Shown here: positions 1 through 13,073 of the stretch, piece after piece
Layout: every line of letters starts with the position of its first letter
How positions within the stretch are numbered: position 1 is the first letter of the stretch
Assembly (NCBI GenBank): GCA_964016885.1
Contig: OZ024763.1
Span: 18,786,001 to 18,850,000 of the forward strand
DNA from: Eledone cirrhosa
Lineage: Eukaryota
DNA length: 64,000 bases
Direction of reading: 5' to 3'
Notes under the pieces: model-generated
Database searches by the model: none
The model's input: the letters and a program-made list of their open reading frames with translations, nothing else
What the model was told of the DNA's origin: nothing
Program-made: the position numbers and the translations under genes

Positions 1-227
1 TATATATATATATACACCCTACCTATATATATATACACCCTACCTATATATATATATATATATACTTTATACACCCTATAATCTTTTATACTATATATTT
101 TGTATATATGTGAGTGTATATGTAGGTATGTATGTATATGTGTGTGTGTATGTATTTACGTGTGTATATGTAAATATGTATGCATATGTATGTTTGAATA
201 TATGTATGTGTGTATGTATGTATGTTT

Positions 228-2540
228 GAATTGTATGTTCTTCTGGTTTTATAATTTCACAAAGTTTTACCAATAGAGAGAGAGTTGGTTTCTAACACAG
301 ACACAAGACTCTCACATTGGAATTTACACAACATCAACTAGGTAGATATGTATGTATGTCTGCATACATGCATGTGTAGATATGGATGTTATTGTATGTG
401 TGGCTGTGTATGTTTTGAGTTGTATGTGTGCATGTGTATATGCTTTGTATCTGTACATGTGTATATGCAGTTATTAGATGCAAATTTTTTGGAATGTTTT
501 ACATATTTTTACTGTTCCATTAATGGATTGTACTTGTAATTTCCTAACTAGTTGTGTTCTTTCTGTTCCTGTGAAGCCTAGCTTCTCAAGATTTGTATTG
601 AGGCAGTTACTAACATATCCCAGTGCCCCAATAATCACAGGCATAAATCTGAAGGTGTAATCAGGGTGGAGTATCTGCAGATTTCTCATCAGTTCTGCAT
701 AAATATTCTCCTTTTCACTAATCTTTGATATTATATTGGCATCTGCTGGGCAGCTAATTTCCACTGCTGTGCATGTTTTCTTCTCCCTGTCCCATATCAT
801 AATATCTGGTCTGTTATGCCTGCATTTTATTGGGGTTTTTACTGGAACATTCCACCAGTACTCTTTCATATTATGTACATAGATGTCTTCCACATTGTTG
901 TAGCTTTTAATGTGTTTATTATCGGGGCTATCTTTTTTACGAACTGCATTGTACAGTGTTTTAGCCACTACATCATGCCTCATAGGTAGATAGTACCGCG
1001 ATGATATCTTTGGGCAGCTGCTGATGACATGGGTGATATCCTCGATGTTAGTTCTGCAGAGTCTGCACTTGTTATCACATCTAGGTGTTTTGCCTGCATC
1101 CCTATCTCTTTTGTGAATCAGGTATTTTGTACTAATCTCCTGTTCTTGGATTGCAAAAGCGTATCCTTCAAAGTGGGAGCCAATATAGCGGTTGTTGGTC
1201 CAAGATAGACTACTTTCCTTATCTATATTACTCTCACTCTGGAGCTTCCTGGCAACATATCCATGCATGATTTTTTGCTGATAGGCATGCAGTTTTTCAT
1301 CCATGGATTCACTGCGATACTGCTGAGCGACATCCCTGGGTGTGAGTTTTTGATTATCACACAGGGAATATCTCTCGAGGAGTTCCTTCCCAACTCTCAT
1401 GATCTTATCTGTTTCATGCAGATAGACTTGCTCGAGAAGCGGGCTCCTACGCTTCGAGGTTCGTAGATGTTGTCGGAGAGATATGATGCGACATTCAAAT
1501 GTTGTCTGGACTGATGTTAGGCCTCTGCCTCCCTGCTTACGTTTCAAGTAAAGGCGGTCTATGTCACTGTTGATGTGGAAGTTTCCGGTGTTGTTCAGTA
1601 TTTTTCGAGTTCCAACATCAACTGCTCGGATTTCGTCTATCGTCCACTTGAGTATTCCAAATGTTGGTGTTAGGACAGGCACAGCAAACACATTGTGAGC
1701 AACTGTTTTGTTTTGCGCAGAGAGTTCCGATGACCAGATCTTTCTTAATCGGGTGTAGTATTCCCTGGTTACACGTTCTTTATTACAGATACCATTATAG
1801 GATATGTTCTCATCTATCCCCAGGTATGGTATCTGTAGCAGTCCTCATCAGATATCGGTGAAACAGTTAGACCATTGATGACAATGTTGCTAGATTGGGT
1901 TGTTGTTTTTCCCCGCTTTACAGTCATGTATGAGCATTTATCTTGGCCAAACTCCATTCCTATATCCTTTGAGAACGTTGTAACCAGGTCAAGATTTTTC
2001 TTCATCCCATCCATGTTCTTGGCATAGAGTTTCAGATCGTCCACAAAGAAGTTATGGGTTAGGTTCGTATTTCTGTCCTCCTGTGAGCCAATGGTGTATC
2101 CCTCACATTTCTTGAGCAGAAAGGACAAGGAGTTTAATGACAAGATGAACAATATCAGAGAGACTGTCCCCCTGAAATATACCCCTGCAATATTTTATTT
2201 TATCAGTGAAAATAGAGTCCTCCCTCTCTGTCTTTAACCTTAGGATAGTAGCCCAAGAAGAAGACAGCCTCTCTATGGCTCTGACAATAATGTCTGGGAC
2301 TTTAGCAAGTTGGAGGGCCTCTATCATCCAAGAGTGGGGAACAGAATCGAAAGCTTTCTTGTAGTCCAGTCAGACTGTAGTCATATTCCTCCTAAGTTGT
2401 CGCACCTCCGACATCGCAGTTTTGTTGATTAGGAGTTGTTCAGCACATCCCCAAACCCTTTTCTTTCCAGCTACTTGTTCATCTGTGATGATGTTATTAT
2501 TTTCACAGTGATCTTGGAAGAATAGGTTGAGGCAGGCTGT
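228..2540 (-). mobile_element. 5'-truncated, frameshifted non-LTR retrotransposon with RT and restriction-like endonuclease (Dong/R4-type)
   Basis: Broken frames carry RT motifs (LDYKKAFDSVPHSW, GIFQGDSLS, HNFFVDDLKLYA). ORF 474-1691 has a CCHC knuckle (CRLC..EDITHVISSC), RHD, the RPDI..VEISCP PD-(D/E)xK-type RLE motif and PVIIGALG. Both ends sit in TATG/TACA microsatellite. Confidence 0.9.
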
Positions 2541-2649
2541 ATACATACATAGATGCATGCACACACACATAAATACATATATACATACATGCATACATAC
2601 ATGTATGTATGTATGCATCTATGTATGTATATATATATGTATGTATGTA

Positions 2650-3233
2650 TGTCAGGTCACCAGTTGGTGCTACTGGTAACATATATTCCAGTACAACCTG
2701 TCCCATGGTCGGGTCGTTGGCGACTAAACTGGCAACCCCACCAAGGTTTCTTGGTGAGGAGGGTGACTTTGGACATCCTACAGGACTAAAAACAAAACCT
2801 GTCAAAGGGCATCCAAAATTACTGGGAGAGATGACCCCTTAGCCTTTGTCAATGCAGAATTCTAGGAGAAGGAAAACTCTGATATAACACCTGCAACCCT
2901 GATGGTATCCAATGATGTTGACTTGTTCTTCTTTTTGGTAAATATCATCTTGGTTAAGAGAGTGGGACTGGCTTTGTGCAGTGCCTTTGCTCACTATAAA
3001 AGCTTCACGGCACAAGCATTGCTTTATATCTGCAGATCTCTCTACATTTGTCGTCACATGGTAACATGGGCCCAGCACTATGTATCAATAATTGTCACAA
3101 GTGTAGTGTTTGTACCAGAGTTTTCAAGTCGCTGGCTGGACTAAAAAGTCACACTCGTTCAGGGCATCGGTAGGGGTTCTCCTACATGGATATAAAGTAG
3201 TGGCCGTACTCGAAAACGAGTTGGCAGCCACCA
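2650..3233 (+). mobile_element. ~585-bp non-coding interspersed element (non-autonomous retroelement with RTE-5'UTR-like segment)
   Basis: Near-identical 5'-truncated copy on the - strand at 29673-30083. Both end in GTTGGCAGCCACCA followed by TA/TATG microsatellite. Contains TCTAGGAGAAGGAAAACTCTGA, which I recall from RTE-type 5' regions. Confidence 0.6.
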
Positions 3234-4710
3234 TATATGTATGAATGCATATATGTATGTATGCATGTATGTATATATATATTTATATGTTTGTGCATGC
3301 ATCTATGTATGTATATATGTATGTATGTATATGTATATGTATGTATGTATATATGTATGCATTTATGTATATATGTACGTGTATGTATTTATGTGTGTTT
3401 GTATGCAGCTATATATGTATGTATTTATGTGTATGTATTTCGTGTGTATGTGTGCATGCATCTATGTATGTATATATGTATGTATGTATATGTATGTATG
3501 TATGTATATATGTATGCATTTATGTATATATGTACGTATATGTATTTATGTGTGTTTGTATGCAGCTATATATGTATGTATTTATGTGTATGTATTTGTG
3601 TGTATGTGTGTATGCATCTATGTATGTATATATGTATGTATATGTATGTATGTATGTATATATGTATGCATTTATGTATATATGTACGTGTATGTATTTA
3701 TGTGTGTTTGTATGCAGCTATATATGTATGTATTTATGTGTATGTATTTGTGTGTATGTGTGTATGCATCTATGTATGTATATATGTATGTATGTACATG
3801 TATGTATATATGTATATATGTATGCATTTATGTATATATGTACATGTATGTATTTATGTGTGTTTGTATGCAGCTATATATGTATGTATTTATGTGTATG
3901 TATTTGTGTGTATGTGTGTATGCATCTATGTATGTATATATGTATGTATGTATATGTATGTATGTATATATGTATGCATTTATGTATATATGTACGTGTA
4001 TGTATTTATGTGTGTTTGTATGCAGCTATATATGTATGTATTTATGTGTATGTATTTGTGTGTATGTGTGTATGCATCTATGTATGTATATATGTATGTA
4101 TGTATATATGTATATATGTATGCATTTATGTATATATGTACGTATATGTATTTATGTGTGTTTGTATGCAGCTATATATGTATGTATTTATGTGTATATA
4201 TTTGTGTGTATGTGTGTATGCATCTATGTATGTATATATGTATGTATGTATATGTATGTATATATGTATATATGTATGCATTTATGTATATATGTACGTA
4301 TATGTATTTATGTGTGTTTGTATGCAGCTATATATGTATGTATTTATGTGTATATATTTGTGTGTATGTGTGTATGCATCTATGTATGTATATATGTATG
4401 TATGTATATGTATGTATATATGTATATATGTATGCATTTATGTATATATGTACGTGTATGTATTTATGTGTGTTTGTATGCAGCTATATATGTATGTATT
4501 TATGTGTATGTATTTGTGTGTATGTGTGTATGCATCTATGTATGTATATATGTATGTATGTATATGTATGTATGTATGTATATATGTATGCATTTATGTA
4601 TATATGTACGTGTATGTATTTATGTGTGTTTGTATGCAGCTATATATGTATGTATTTATGTGTATGTATTTGTGTGTATGTGTGTATGCATCTATGTATG
4701 TATATATGTA
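3234..4710. repeat. Compound TATG/TA/TG microsatellite with ~130-bp higher-order period
   Basis: Markers GCATCTA, GCATTTA and GCAGCTA recur in fixed order about 11 times. Confidence 0.9.
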
Positions 4711-4919
4711 TCTATACAAATAAACAAATAGGGTCTCAATTACTTAAATCTGAACATAGATCTGTCCAGATCAAATACAGAGCAACCGCCATTTGTCTTA
4801 ACTTGTAAATAATATACTCAGTAAAACAAAGCCCACTGTGAGATAAACAGATATCCTACTAGGATATCATCCTTATTTCCTGGCTCAGATTTCATAAACC
4901 AACAACCAACCTACATTAA

Positions 4920-7138
4920 CCCTCTAGCATTTACATTACTCTATATATACTATTATATTTTCACAGTAAAGTCTTTACCTCACATAATATCTCACATAAC
5001 ATTTACATTACTCTATATATACTATTGTATTTTCATGGTAAAGGCTTTACCTCACATAACATTCACATTACTCTATATATACTATTGTATTTTCACAGTA
5101 AAGGCTTTACCTCACATAATACCTCACATAACATTTACATTACTCTATATATACTATTGTATTTCCACAATAAAGGCTTTACCTCACATAATATCTCACA
5201 TAACATTTACATTACTCTATATATACTATTGTATTGTCACAGTAAAGGCTTTACCTCACATAATATCTCACATAGCATTTACATTACTCTATATATACTA
5301 TTGTATTTCCACAATAAAGGCTTTACCTCACATAATATCTCACATAACATTTACATTACTCTATATATACTATTGTATTTTCACAGTAAAGGCTTTACCT
5401 CACATAATATCTCACATAACATTTACATTACTCTATATATACTATTGTATTGTCACAGTAAAGGCTTTACCTCACATAATATCTCACATAACATTTACAT
5501 TACTCTATATATACTATTGTATTTTCACAGTAAAGGCTTTACCTCACATAATATCTCACATAATATTTACATTACTCTATATATACTATTGTATTTTCAC
5601 AGTAAAGGCTTTACCTCACATAATATCTCACATAACATTTACATTACTCTATATTTACTATTGTATTTTCACAGTAAAGGCTTTACCTCACATAATATCT
5701 CACATAACATTTACATTACTCTATATATACTATTGTAATTTCACGGTAAAGGCTTTACCTCACATAATATCTCACATAACATTTACATTATTCTATATAT
5801 ACTATTATATTTTCACAGTAAAGGCTTTACCTCACATAATATCTCACATAACATTTGCATTACTCTATATATACTATTGTATTTTCACAGTAAAGGCTTT
5901 ACCTCACATAATATCTCACATAACATTTGCATTACTCTATATATACTATTGTATTTTCACAGTAAAGGCTTTACCTCACATAATATCTCACATAACATTT
6001 ACATTACTCTATATATACTATTATATTTTCACAGTAAAGGCTTTACCTCACATAATATCTCACATAACATTTACATTACTCTATATATACTATTGTATTT
6101 TCACAGTAAAGGCTTTACGTCACATAATATCTCACATAACATTTACATTACTCTATATTTACTATTGTATTTTCACAGTAAAGGCTTTACCTCACATAAT
6201 ATCTCACATAACATTTACATTACTCTATATATACTATTGTAATTTCATGGTAAAGGCTTTACCTCACATAATATCTCACATAACATTTACATTATTCTAT
6301 ATATACTATTATATTTTCACAGTAAAGGCTTTACGTCACATAATATCTCACATAACATTTACATTACTCTATATATACTATTGTATTTTCACAGTAAAGG
6401 CTTTACGTCACATAATATCTCACATAACATTTACATTACTCTATATATACTATTGTATTTTTACAGTAAAGGCTTTACCTCACATAATATCTCACATAAC
6501 ATTTACATTACTCTATATATACTATTATATTTTCACAGTAAAGACTTTACCTCACATAATATCTCATAACATTTACATTACTCTATATATACTATTGTAT
6601 TTCCACAGTAAAGGCTTTACCTCACATAATATCTCATAACATTTACATTACTCTATATATACTATTATATTTTCACAGTAAAGGCTTTACCTCACATAAT
6701 ATCTCACATAACATTTACATTACTCTATATATACTATTGTATTTTCACAGTAAAGGCTTTACCTCACATAATATCTCACATAACATTTACATTATTCTAT
6801 ATATACTATTATATTTTCACAGTAAAGGCTTTACGTCACATAATATCTCACATAACATTTACATTACTCTATATATACTATTGTATTTTCCCAGTAAAGG
6901 CTTTACCTTACATAATATCTCACATAACATTTACATTACTCTATATATACTATTGTACTTCCACAGTAAAGGCTTTACCTCACATAATTATTTCACATAA
7001 TATTGAATCTATGAGATTTTGATATCGTCTATTTTGAGAACAATACTTTAAAATCAGTATGAGTGGCTAAGTATGGCCAGTTTTAACAGAAATAGGTTGA
7101 GAATTTTGGCCGGAGATGGCCAGCTTAAATGCTAAAGG
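4920..7138 (+). mobile_element. TTAA-flanked piggyBac-like MITE with an internal 72-bp tandem array (~29 copies)
   Basis: TTAA|CCCTCTAGCATTTA ... TAAATGCTAAAGG|TTAA termini. Unit CATTACTCTATATATACTATTGTATTTTCACAGTAAAGGCTTTACCTCACATAATATCTCACATAACATTTA spans ~4930-7000. Confidence 0.85.
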
Positions 7139-7459
7139 TTAAGAGGAGATAACTCTATTGACGACTTAATGTGCTCAGAGCGTCCAGAAGATTAAATATC
7201 CGTATGGGATGTGTATGTGTGTGTGTGTGTGTGTGGGGGTGGGGGACTTTACCAAGCTGCTGCTGTCATATTACATAGTTTCTGTATAATAGTCTGCAGT
7301 GGTAATGACTCCATTGTGTAATAATATATACCAACCATGTATGTATATGTGTGTGTATATAAGTGTGTATGTATGTGTATGTATTTGTTTGTGTATATAT
7401 GTATGCATGTATGTTAGTATCGCTGTATGCATGTGTGTGTGTATATACATATGTATATG

Positions 7460-7535
<76 letters not shown>

Positions 7536-7693
7536 GTATGTGCGTGTTAGTGATGATATTGGTGGTAGTGGTCGTAGTGTTGATATTGATGATGACAATG
7601 ATGATGGTGATGAAGATGATGATGATGACTATGGTAACCTTGATAATGATGATGATGATGACTGATGATGTATTTTTCTCTTAACCTTTACAG

Positions 7694-7737
7694 GATGAGG
7701 GAAAACTGTATGATGACATTGATCCCAGTTGTGTTGG
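7694..7737 (+). CDS. Exon of AFAP1-like PH-domain adaptor (DEGKLYDDIDPSCVG)
   Basis: tttacag acceptor and gtaagt donor. 44 nt ending in phase 2, compatible with the next exon. Carries a YDDI tyrosine motif. Confidence 0.7.
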
Positions 7738-7754
7738 GTAAGTTTGTTGTTGTT

Positions 7755-7891
7755 GTAGTAGTAGTAGCAGTAGTAGCAGTAATAGTAGTAGTAGTAGTAG
7801 TAGTAGTAGCAGCAGCAGTAGTAGCAGTAGTAGCAGCAGCAGTAGTAGCAGTAGTAGCAGTAGTAGTAGTAGCAGTAGTAGCAGTAGTAGC

Positions 7892-7931
<40 letters not shown>

Positions 7932-8258
7932 ATAATATCAACAGTAGTAGTAGTAGTAGTAACAGTAGTAGTAGTAGCAGTAGCAGTAGTAGTAGTAACA
8001 GTAGTAATAATATCAACAGTAGTAGTAGTAGTAGTAGTAACAGTAGTAATAGTATCAACAGTAGTAGTAACAGTAGTAGTAGTAGTATCAACAGTAATAG
8101 TAGTAGTAACAGTAGTAGTAGTAACAGTAGTAGTCGTAGTATCAACAGTAGTATTAGTAGTAGTAGTAACAGTAGTAGTAGTATCAACAGTAGTAGTAGT
8201 AACAGTAGTAGTAGTAGTATCAACAGTAATAGTAGTAGTAACAGTAGTAGTAGTAATA
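7755..8258. repeat. (GTA/GCA)n trinucleotide repeat
   Basis: Direct reading; explains the poly-V and poly-L ORFs. Confidence 0.95.
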
Positions 8259-8294
8259 GTGTTGGGGGAACTGTTGTTGTTGTTGTTATGTAAC

Positions 8295-8540
8295 AGGACA
8301 ATCTGCCCTAATAAACAGCAAGCTGCTACCTGTAACCCAGATATTCAGCATGTATGTTAGGGTCCTTATTGTTCCCAGTAGGCATGCCTTCTGGTGTGTT
8401 CCAAAAAAAAAAAAAAAAGGGGCCGGTCTAAAGTTGTTTAACCAGTCTTAGAAGCTCTTCGAGGGAGTACCTAGTGCTCCTATCACGACGGGGGCAACCT
8501 TCGTCTCCTGACACTCCCAAATCCTTTTCAGTTCCCACAT
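8295..8540 (-). mobile_element. Degraded 3' fragment of Dong/R4-type LINE
   Basis: Similar to 9460-9690 (GATATTCAG..GTTCCCAG..GTACCTAGTGCTCCTAT..CAAATCCTTTT). Confidence 0.7.
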
Positions 8541-8544
8541 TAAA

Positions 8545-9360
8545 TTATTATTATGGCAGTATCGGTAGGGGGTTGGACGCCATGCTTTGCAGTGTAGAGT
8601 TACGGCCCTTTACGCGCTGGGTTCGACTACCGCTGACGTTAACTTTGAATTTCATCTTTACGGAGGTCGATAAAATAAAGTACCAGTCATGCACTGGGGT
8701 CGATTTAATCAACTTTCTCCCTCCCCCCAAATTGCTGGCCTTGTCGATAAAATAAAGTACCAGTAATACACTGGGTAATTGCTGGCCTTGTGCCTAAAGT
8801 AGAAACATTTATTATTATTGGCAGTGAATTATTATAGGGCGGTGGATTGGCAGTATCGGTAGAGGGTTGGACGCCATGTTTTCTAGCATAGTTACGTCCC
8901 TTTACAGTCTGAGTTCAAATCCCGCTGAGGTTAACTTTGCCTTTCATCTTTTTGGGGTCGATAAAATAAAGTACCAGTCACGCACTGGGTTCGATTTAAT
9001 CGACTTCCCCTCCCCCAAAGTTGCTGGTCTTGTGGCTATATAAGAAACCATTATCGGTAGAGGGTCGGACGCCATGCTTTGACGCATAGAGTTACGGTCC
9101 TTGCCATTCTGAGTTCAAATCCCGCCGAGGTCAACTTTGCCTTTCATCCTTACGGGGTCGATAAAATAAAGTACCAGTAATGTACTGGGTAATTGCTGTC
9201 CTTGTGCCAAAAGTAGAAACAATTATTATTACCCGCCGAGGTCAGCTTTGCTTTTCATCCTTATAGGGTCGATAAAATAAAGTACCAGTAATACACTGGG
9301 GCCAATTTAATTGACTTTTCCTTCGCCCCAAATTGCTGGCCTTGTGTGTAAAGTAGAAAC

Positions 9361-9365
<5 letters not shown>
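8545..9365 (+). mobile_element. Tandem cluster of ~5 tRNA-derived SINEs, family B (Meta-domain-like core, (ATT)n tail)
   Basis: Repeated TGGCAGTATCGGTAGAG (A-box-like), GAGTTCAAATCC (B-box), AACTTTGCCTTTCATCCTTACGGGGTCGATAAAATAAAGTACCAG core and GCTGGCCTTGTGCC..AGAAAC(ATT)n tail. Confidence 0.85.
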
Positions 9366-9399
<34 letters not shown>

Positions 9400-9400
<1 letters not shown>

Positions 9401-9750
9401 GTTCTTTGAGTCTCAGTCATTGATGTTATTTAACTGGAAAGTTTGTTGAAATGAATATCAAGCTGCTACCTGCAGCCTCAGATATTCAGGACGTATCGGA
9501 GGGTTCTTGCTGTTCCCAGCAAGCATGCTTTTTGAAGTGTTCCAAAAAGTGGGGCTGGACTAATTTTCTTTAACCATCCTTGGAAACTCTTTGAGATAGT
9601 ACCTAGTGCTCCTATGACAATCGGGACGACCTTGACTTCATGGCAGTTCCAAATCCTTTTTAACTCCCACTTTAAATCTTGGTATCGGTTAATTTTCTCC
9701 CTCTCCCTTTCTTGCACTCTCATGTCAAATGGGCAGGCTACATCTACATT
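9400..9750 (-). mobile_element. 3' RLE-domain fragment of Dong/R4-type LINE in (TAA)n
   Basis: VDVACPFD..EKINRYQDLKWELKRIW..VVPIVIGALG..LQKACLLGTARTLRYVL; TTA repeats on both sides. Confidence 0.85.
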
Positions 9751-9769
9751 ATTATTATTATTATTATTA

Positions 9770-10197
9770 CAGTTGCATTTATCTTGCTTTATGTTCATAC
9801 GAGTTATCACCACGTCACAACCAGTGACCTCAAGAGACAACAAGGTCTGCCATGTTCAAGAAAGAACATACATACACACACATGCATCTTTAGGTGTTTA
9901 GACTTGTGATGTACTTATATTGACAGAATCTTCCTTAGTATATGGGCAGTTCCCATTACTACTATCTTTTGTATTTCTCCTATACGCGGGTTTCCTGGGA
10001 TTTGCAATAAGTAATCATTAGACCCCTTAGGTATCATTCCTAGAGCGCCTACAACCACTGGTATTGTTTTAGTTCTCAATTTCCACATTTTTCCAATTTC
10101 TATCTCCAGGTCCTTATACTTGCTCAATTTTTCAAATGTTTTTATAGATACATTCTTGTCTATTGGAACGGACATATCAATTAGCAGGCATACCCTC

Positions 10198-10200
<3 letters not shown>
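9770..10200 (-). mobile_element. 3' RLE-domain fragment of another Dong/R4-type family
   Basis: DMSVPID..EKLSKYKDLEIEIGKMW..IPVVVGALG..IQKIVVMGTAHILRKILSI; TTA repeats on both sides. Confidence 0.85.
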
Positions 10201-10235
<35 letters not shown>

Positions 10236-10263
10236 TATTATTTTGTTATTTTGTTATCTGTAG

Positions 10264-10619
10264 AGACAACTTCGAAACTTCCGATAACGAAGAATCCGAT
10301 TTATATGAGATCCCTGTCACGCAGACTTCGGAGGAGAGCAGCCACGCCGTCGAGCCAATCATTGAAGTGATCGAGTGCGGTAACCATGACGACGCGTCCT
10401 CTGAAGAAGCTGCCGTGTCGCCGGCCGTTAAGCGACCGCCTCTGCCGCCACGGAAGTCCCTTTCGTCAGAACCCCTCAGGATCGAAAGTGGTCGCAAGAA
10501 TGGTAATCGTTTACTCAAGAGCTTGCCACCCCAGCTTCCTGCTAGACCCCAGTTGGCGACCCGAAAGGAAATATACGCCATGATGTCAGAGAAATCGGAA
10601 CCTACCGATGACGTTTCTG
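10264..10619 (+). CDS. Exon of AFAP1-like adaptor (DNFETSDNEESDLYEIP..KRPPLPPRK..LPPQLPARP..EIYAMM..DDVS)
   Basis: tctgtag acceptor and gtcagt donor. 356 nt, phase 2 to 1. GC-rich unique sequence with SH3-type PxxPxR motifs and YEIP/YAMM tyrosine motifs. Confidence 0.85.
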
Positions 10620-10957
10620 GTCAGTTGGTTTTTTTTTTTTTTCGTCTTTTATTTATTTTATTTTTTATACTAGCAGAAAAGCCACTCTTCGGGTGATTTT
10701 CTGCTAGCATGTGATATTATACGTATATACGCATGTAGATATGATACATCAAATAAAATTGTAATGGACAATATCCACAGAAATTAAACGAAGACTGCGT
10801 TACACTGTCTTATGTAATCAGTAACGTAATCCACGATACATTAAAAAAAAGACGATATTACATATAAACTGCATTAGAAGAAAATTAGTGATGGAAATAT
10901 ATGAATGTTTATTTAAGCGATCGCTAACCGGAAGTGTTGACATTTGAAAATTTTTCA

Positions 10958-11150
10958 TTGGTGGATTGGCAGTATTGGTAGAGGGTCGGACGTCATGCTT
11001 TGATGCATAGAGTTACGGCCCTTTCCATTCTGAGTTCAAATCTCACCGAGGTTAACTTTGCCTTTCATGCTTACGGCGTTGATAAAATAAAGTACCAGTA
11101 ATGTACTGGGTATTTGCTGGCCTTGTGCCAAAAGTAGCAACAATTATTTA
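10958..11150 (+). mobile_element. SINE family B copy
   Basis: Same head, core and tail as 8545-9365. Confidence 0.8.
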
Positions 11151-11439
11151 TTGAAAGAAATCCAACTTATTTTACAAACGGGATAACAAAATATATTCTG
11201 GACGCAGTCCCACACTCCTTACTTTATTATAGTTTAGATTCTCCTGTTTTTTTTTGTTTTTTTTTGTTTTTGTTTGTTCTTTTAGAATAGGGACACTGTG
11301 TCTCTCTGTTTCGTAAAAAGGGGACTGAAAAGGGTTGGTATCGGGAAGGGCATTCTGCTGTAAAATATGATCTCCCCAAAACCTGTCCAATCTATGCCAG
11401 CATGGAAATGTGGACGTAAAAATGCCGATGACGAAAAAC

Positions 11440-11920
11440 GATGATGATGATGATAATGACGATGATGATGATGATGATGACGATGATGATGATGACGATG
11501 ATGACGATGATGACGATGATGATGATGATGGGGACGATGATGTTGATGGTGATAATGATGCTGATCACGATGATGATGCTGATGATGATGGTGGTGATGG
11601 TGATAATGGTGGTGATGATGATGATGCTGATGATGATGGTGCTGATGACAAATCTTATACAGGTTTTTTTTGCTCAAAAAGTTCAGCAGGCTCTCTGGGA
11701 AGTATAGCATGTACCCCTGGGAACGGGGACGGGGGCGAGGGTCGATGATGATGATGACAGATCTTATACAGGGTTTTGGCTCAAAAGTGGGTAGTAGCAT
11801 AAATCCCTGGGGCGGGAGGGATTCTATGATGATGATGATGATGATTGTGATGATCCAGATCTTATACAGGTTTTTGCTCAAAAGTTCAGAGGACTCTCTG
11901 GGTAGTAGCATGTAACCCCC
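11440..11920. repeat. (GAT)n microsatellite with three copies of a ~70-90-bp unit (ATCTTATACAGGTTTTT..CTCAAAA..TAGCAT..CCCTG)
   Basis: Unit starts near 11652, 11760 and 11858, separated by GAT runs. Confidence 0.75.
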
Positions 11921-12057
11921 TGAGGCCAGGGGGCATGTGTTTTGGGTGGGGGTTCATTATTAAACCACTTTAGGACACCCCCTGTGGTCTAGAGGTATGA
12001 ATGGTATACCTCTTTTTCTAACAGTGACCTACATTCCTGTCCATATTATTATTATTT

Positions 12058-12990
12058 GAGGGTCGATAAAATAAAGTACCAGTAATACACTGGCGTCGAT
12101 TTAATCGAATTTACCCTCCCCCCAAAATTGCTGGCCTTGTGCTTAAATCAAAAACCATTATGGATTGGCAGTATCGGTAGAGGGTCTGGCGCCATGCTTT
12201 ACAGCAAAGAGTTACGGCCCTTTATGGTCTGAGTTCAAATCCCGTCGAGGTTTACTTTGTCTTTCATCCTTACGGGGTTGATAAAATAAAGTACCAGTAA
12301 TACACTGGGTTTTTGCTGGCCTTGTGCCAAAAGTAGAAATAATAATAATTATTATTATTATTAGGGTGGTGGATTGGCAGTATCGGTTGAGGGTCGGACA
12401 TGCTTTCCAGCGTAGTTATGGCCCTTTGCGATCTGAATTCAAATCCCGCCAACGTTTACTTTGCCTTTCATCCTTACGAGGTCGATAAAATAAAGTACCA
12501 GTAATACACTGGGTAATTGCTGGCCGTGTGCCAAAAGTAGAAACAATTATTATTAGGGTGGTGGATTGGCAGAATTGGTAGAGCATCGGATGCCATGCTT
12601 TGCAGCATAGAGTTATGGTTCTTTTACATTATGAGTTTGAATCCTGCTGAGGTTAACTTTGCCTTTCATCCTTACGGGGTCGATAAAATAAAGTACCAGT
12701 AATGCACTGGGTAATTGCTGGCCTTGTGCCAAACGTAGAAACTATTATTATTATTATTGAAAGGCAAAGTTAACCTCGGTAAGATTTGAAATCAGAACGC
12801 AAAGGGCCATAGAGCTATGGCCCTTTACGTTCTGATTTCAAATCCTACCGAGGTTAACTTTGCCTTTCATCCTTATGGGGTTGATAAAATAAAGTACCAG
12901 TAATACACTGGAGTTGTTTTAATCGACTCCCCCCCTCCCCCCTCTCCCAAACATTGCTGGCCTTGTGCCTAAATCAAAAACCATTATTTT
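12058..12990 (+). mobile_element. Tandem cluster of SINE family B copies including a fold-back at 12758-12869
   Basis: Five repeats of the GTCGATAAAATAAAGTACCAG core; inverted duplication of one SINE 5' part. Confidence 0.85.
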
Positions 12991-13004
12991 TATTATGATT
13001 ATTT

Positions 13005-13036
<32 letters not shown>

Positions 13037-13055
13037 TTTCTTGTTTACTTTCCAG

Positions 13056-13073
13056 GCCCTGAGTACCTGCATC
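13056..13073 (+). CDS. 18-nt symmetric microexon (GPEYLH) of AFAP1-like adaptor
   Basis: Strong pyrimidine tract plus ttccag acceptor, gtaagt donor. Phase 1-1, matching both flanking exons. Confidence 0.7.

Noticed and set aside
2690-2740. HDV-like or twister ribozyme call
   Set aside because: A GG-P4-C-UAA-P2-like segment is present but P1 and P3 could not be placed, and the twister pseudoknot could not be completed. Kept only as an unclassified structured end.
3237-6639. Long ORFs (490-534 aa) of YVCM and ALPHIISH repeats
   Set aside because: Translations of stop-free micro- and minisatellites, open in several frames; no coding signal.
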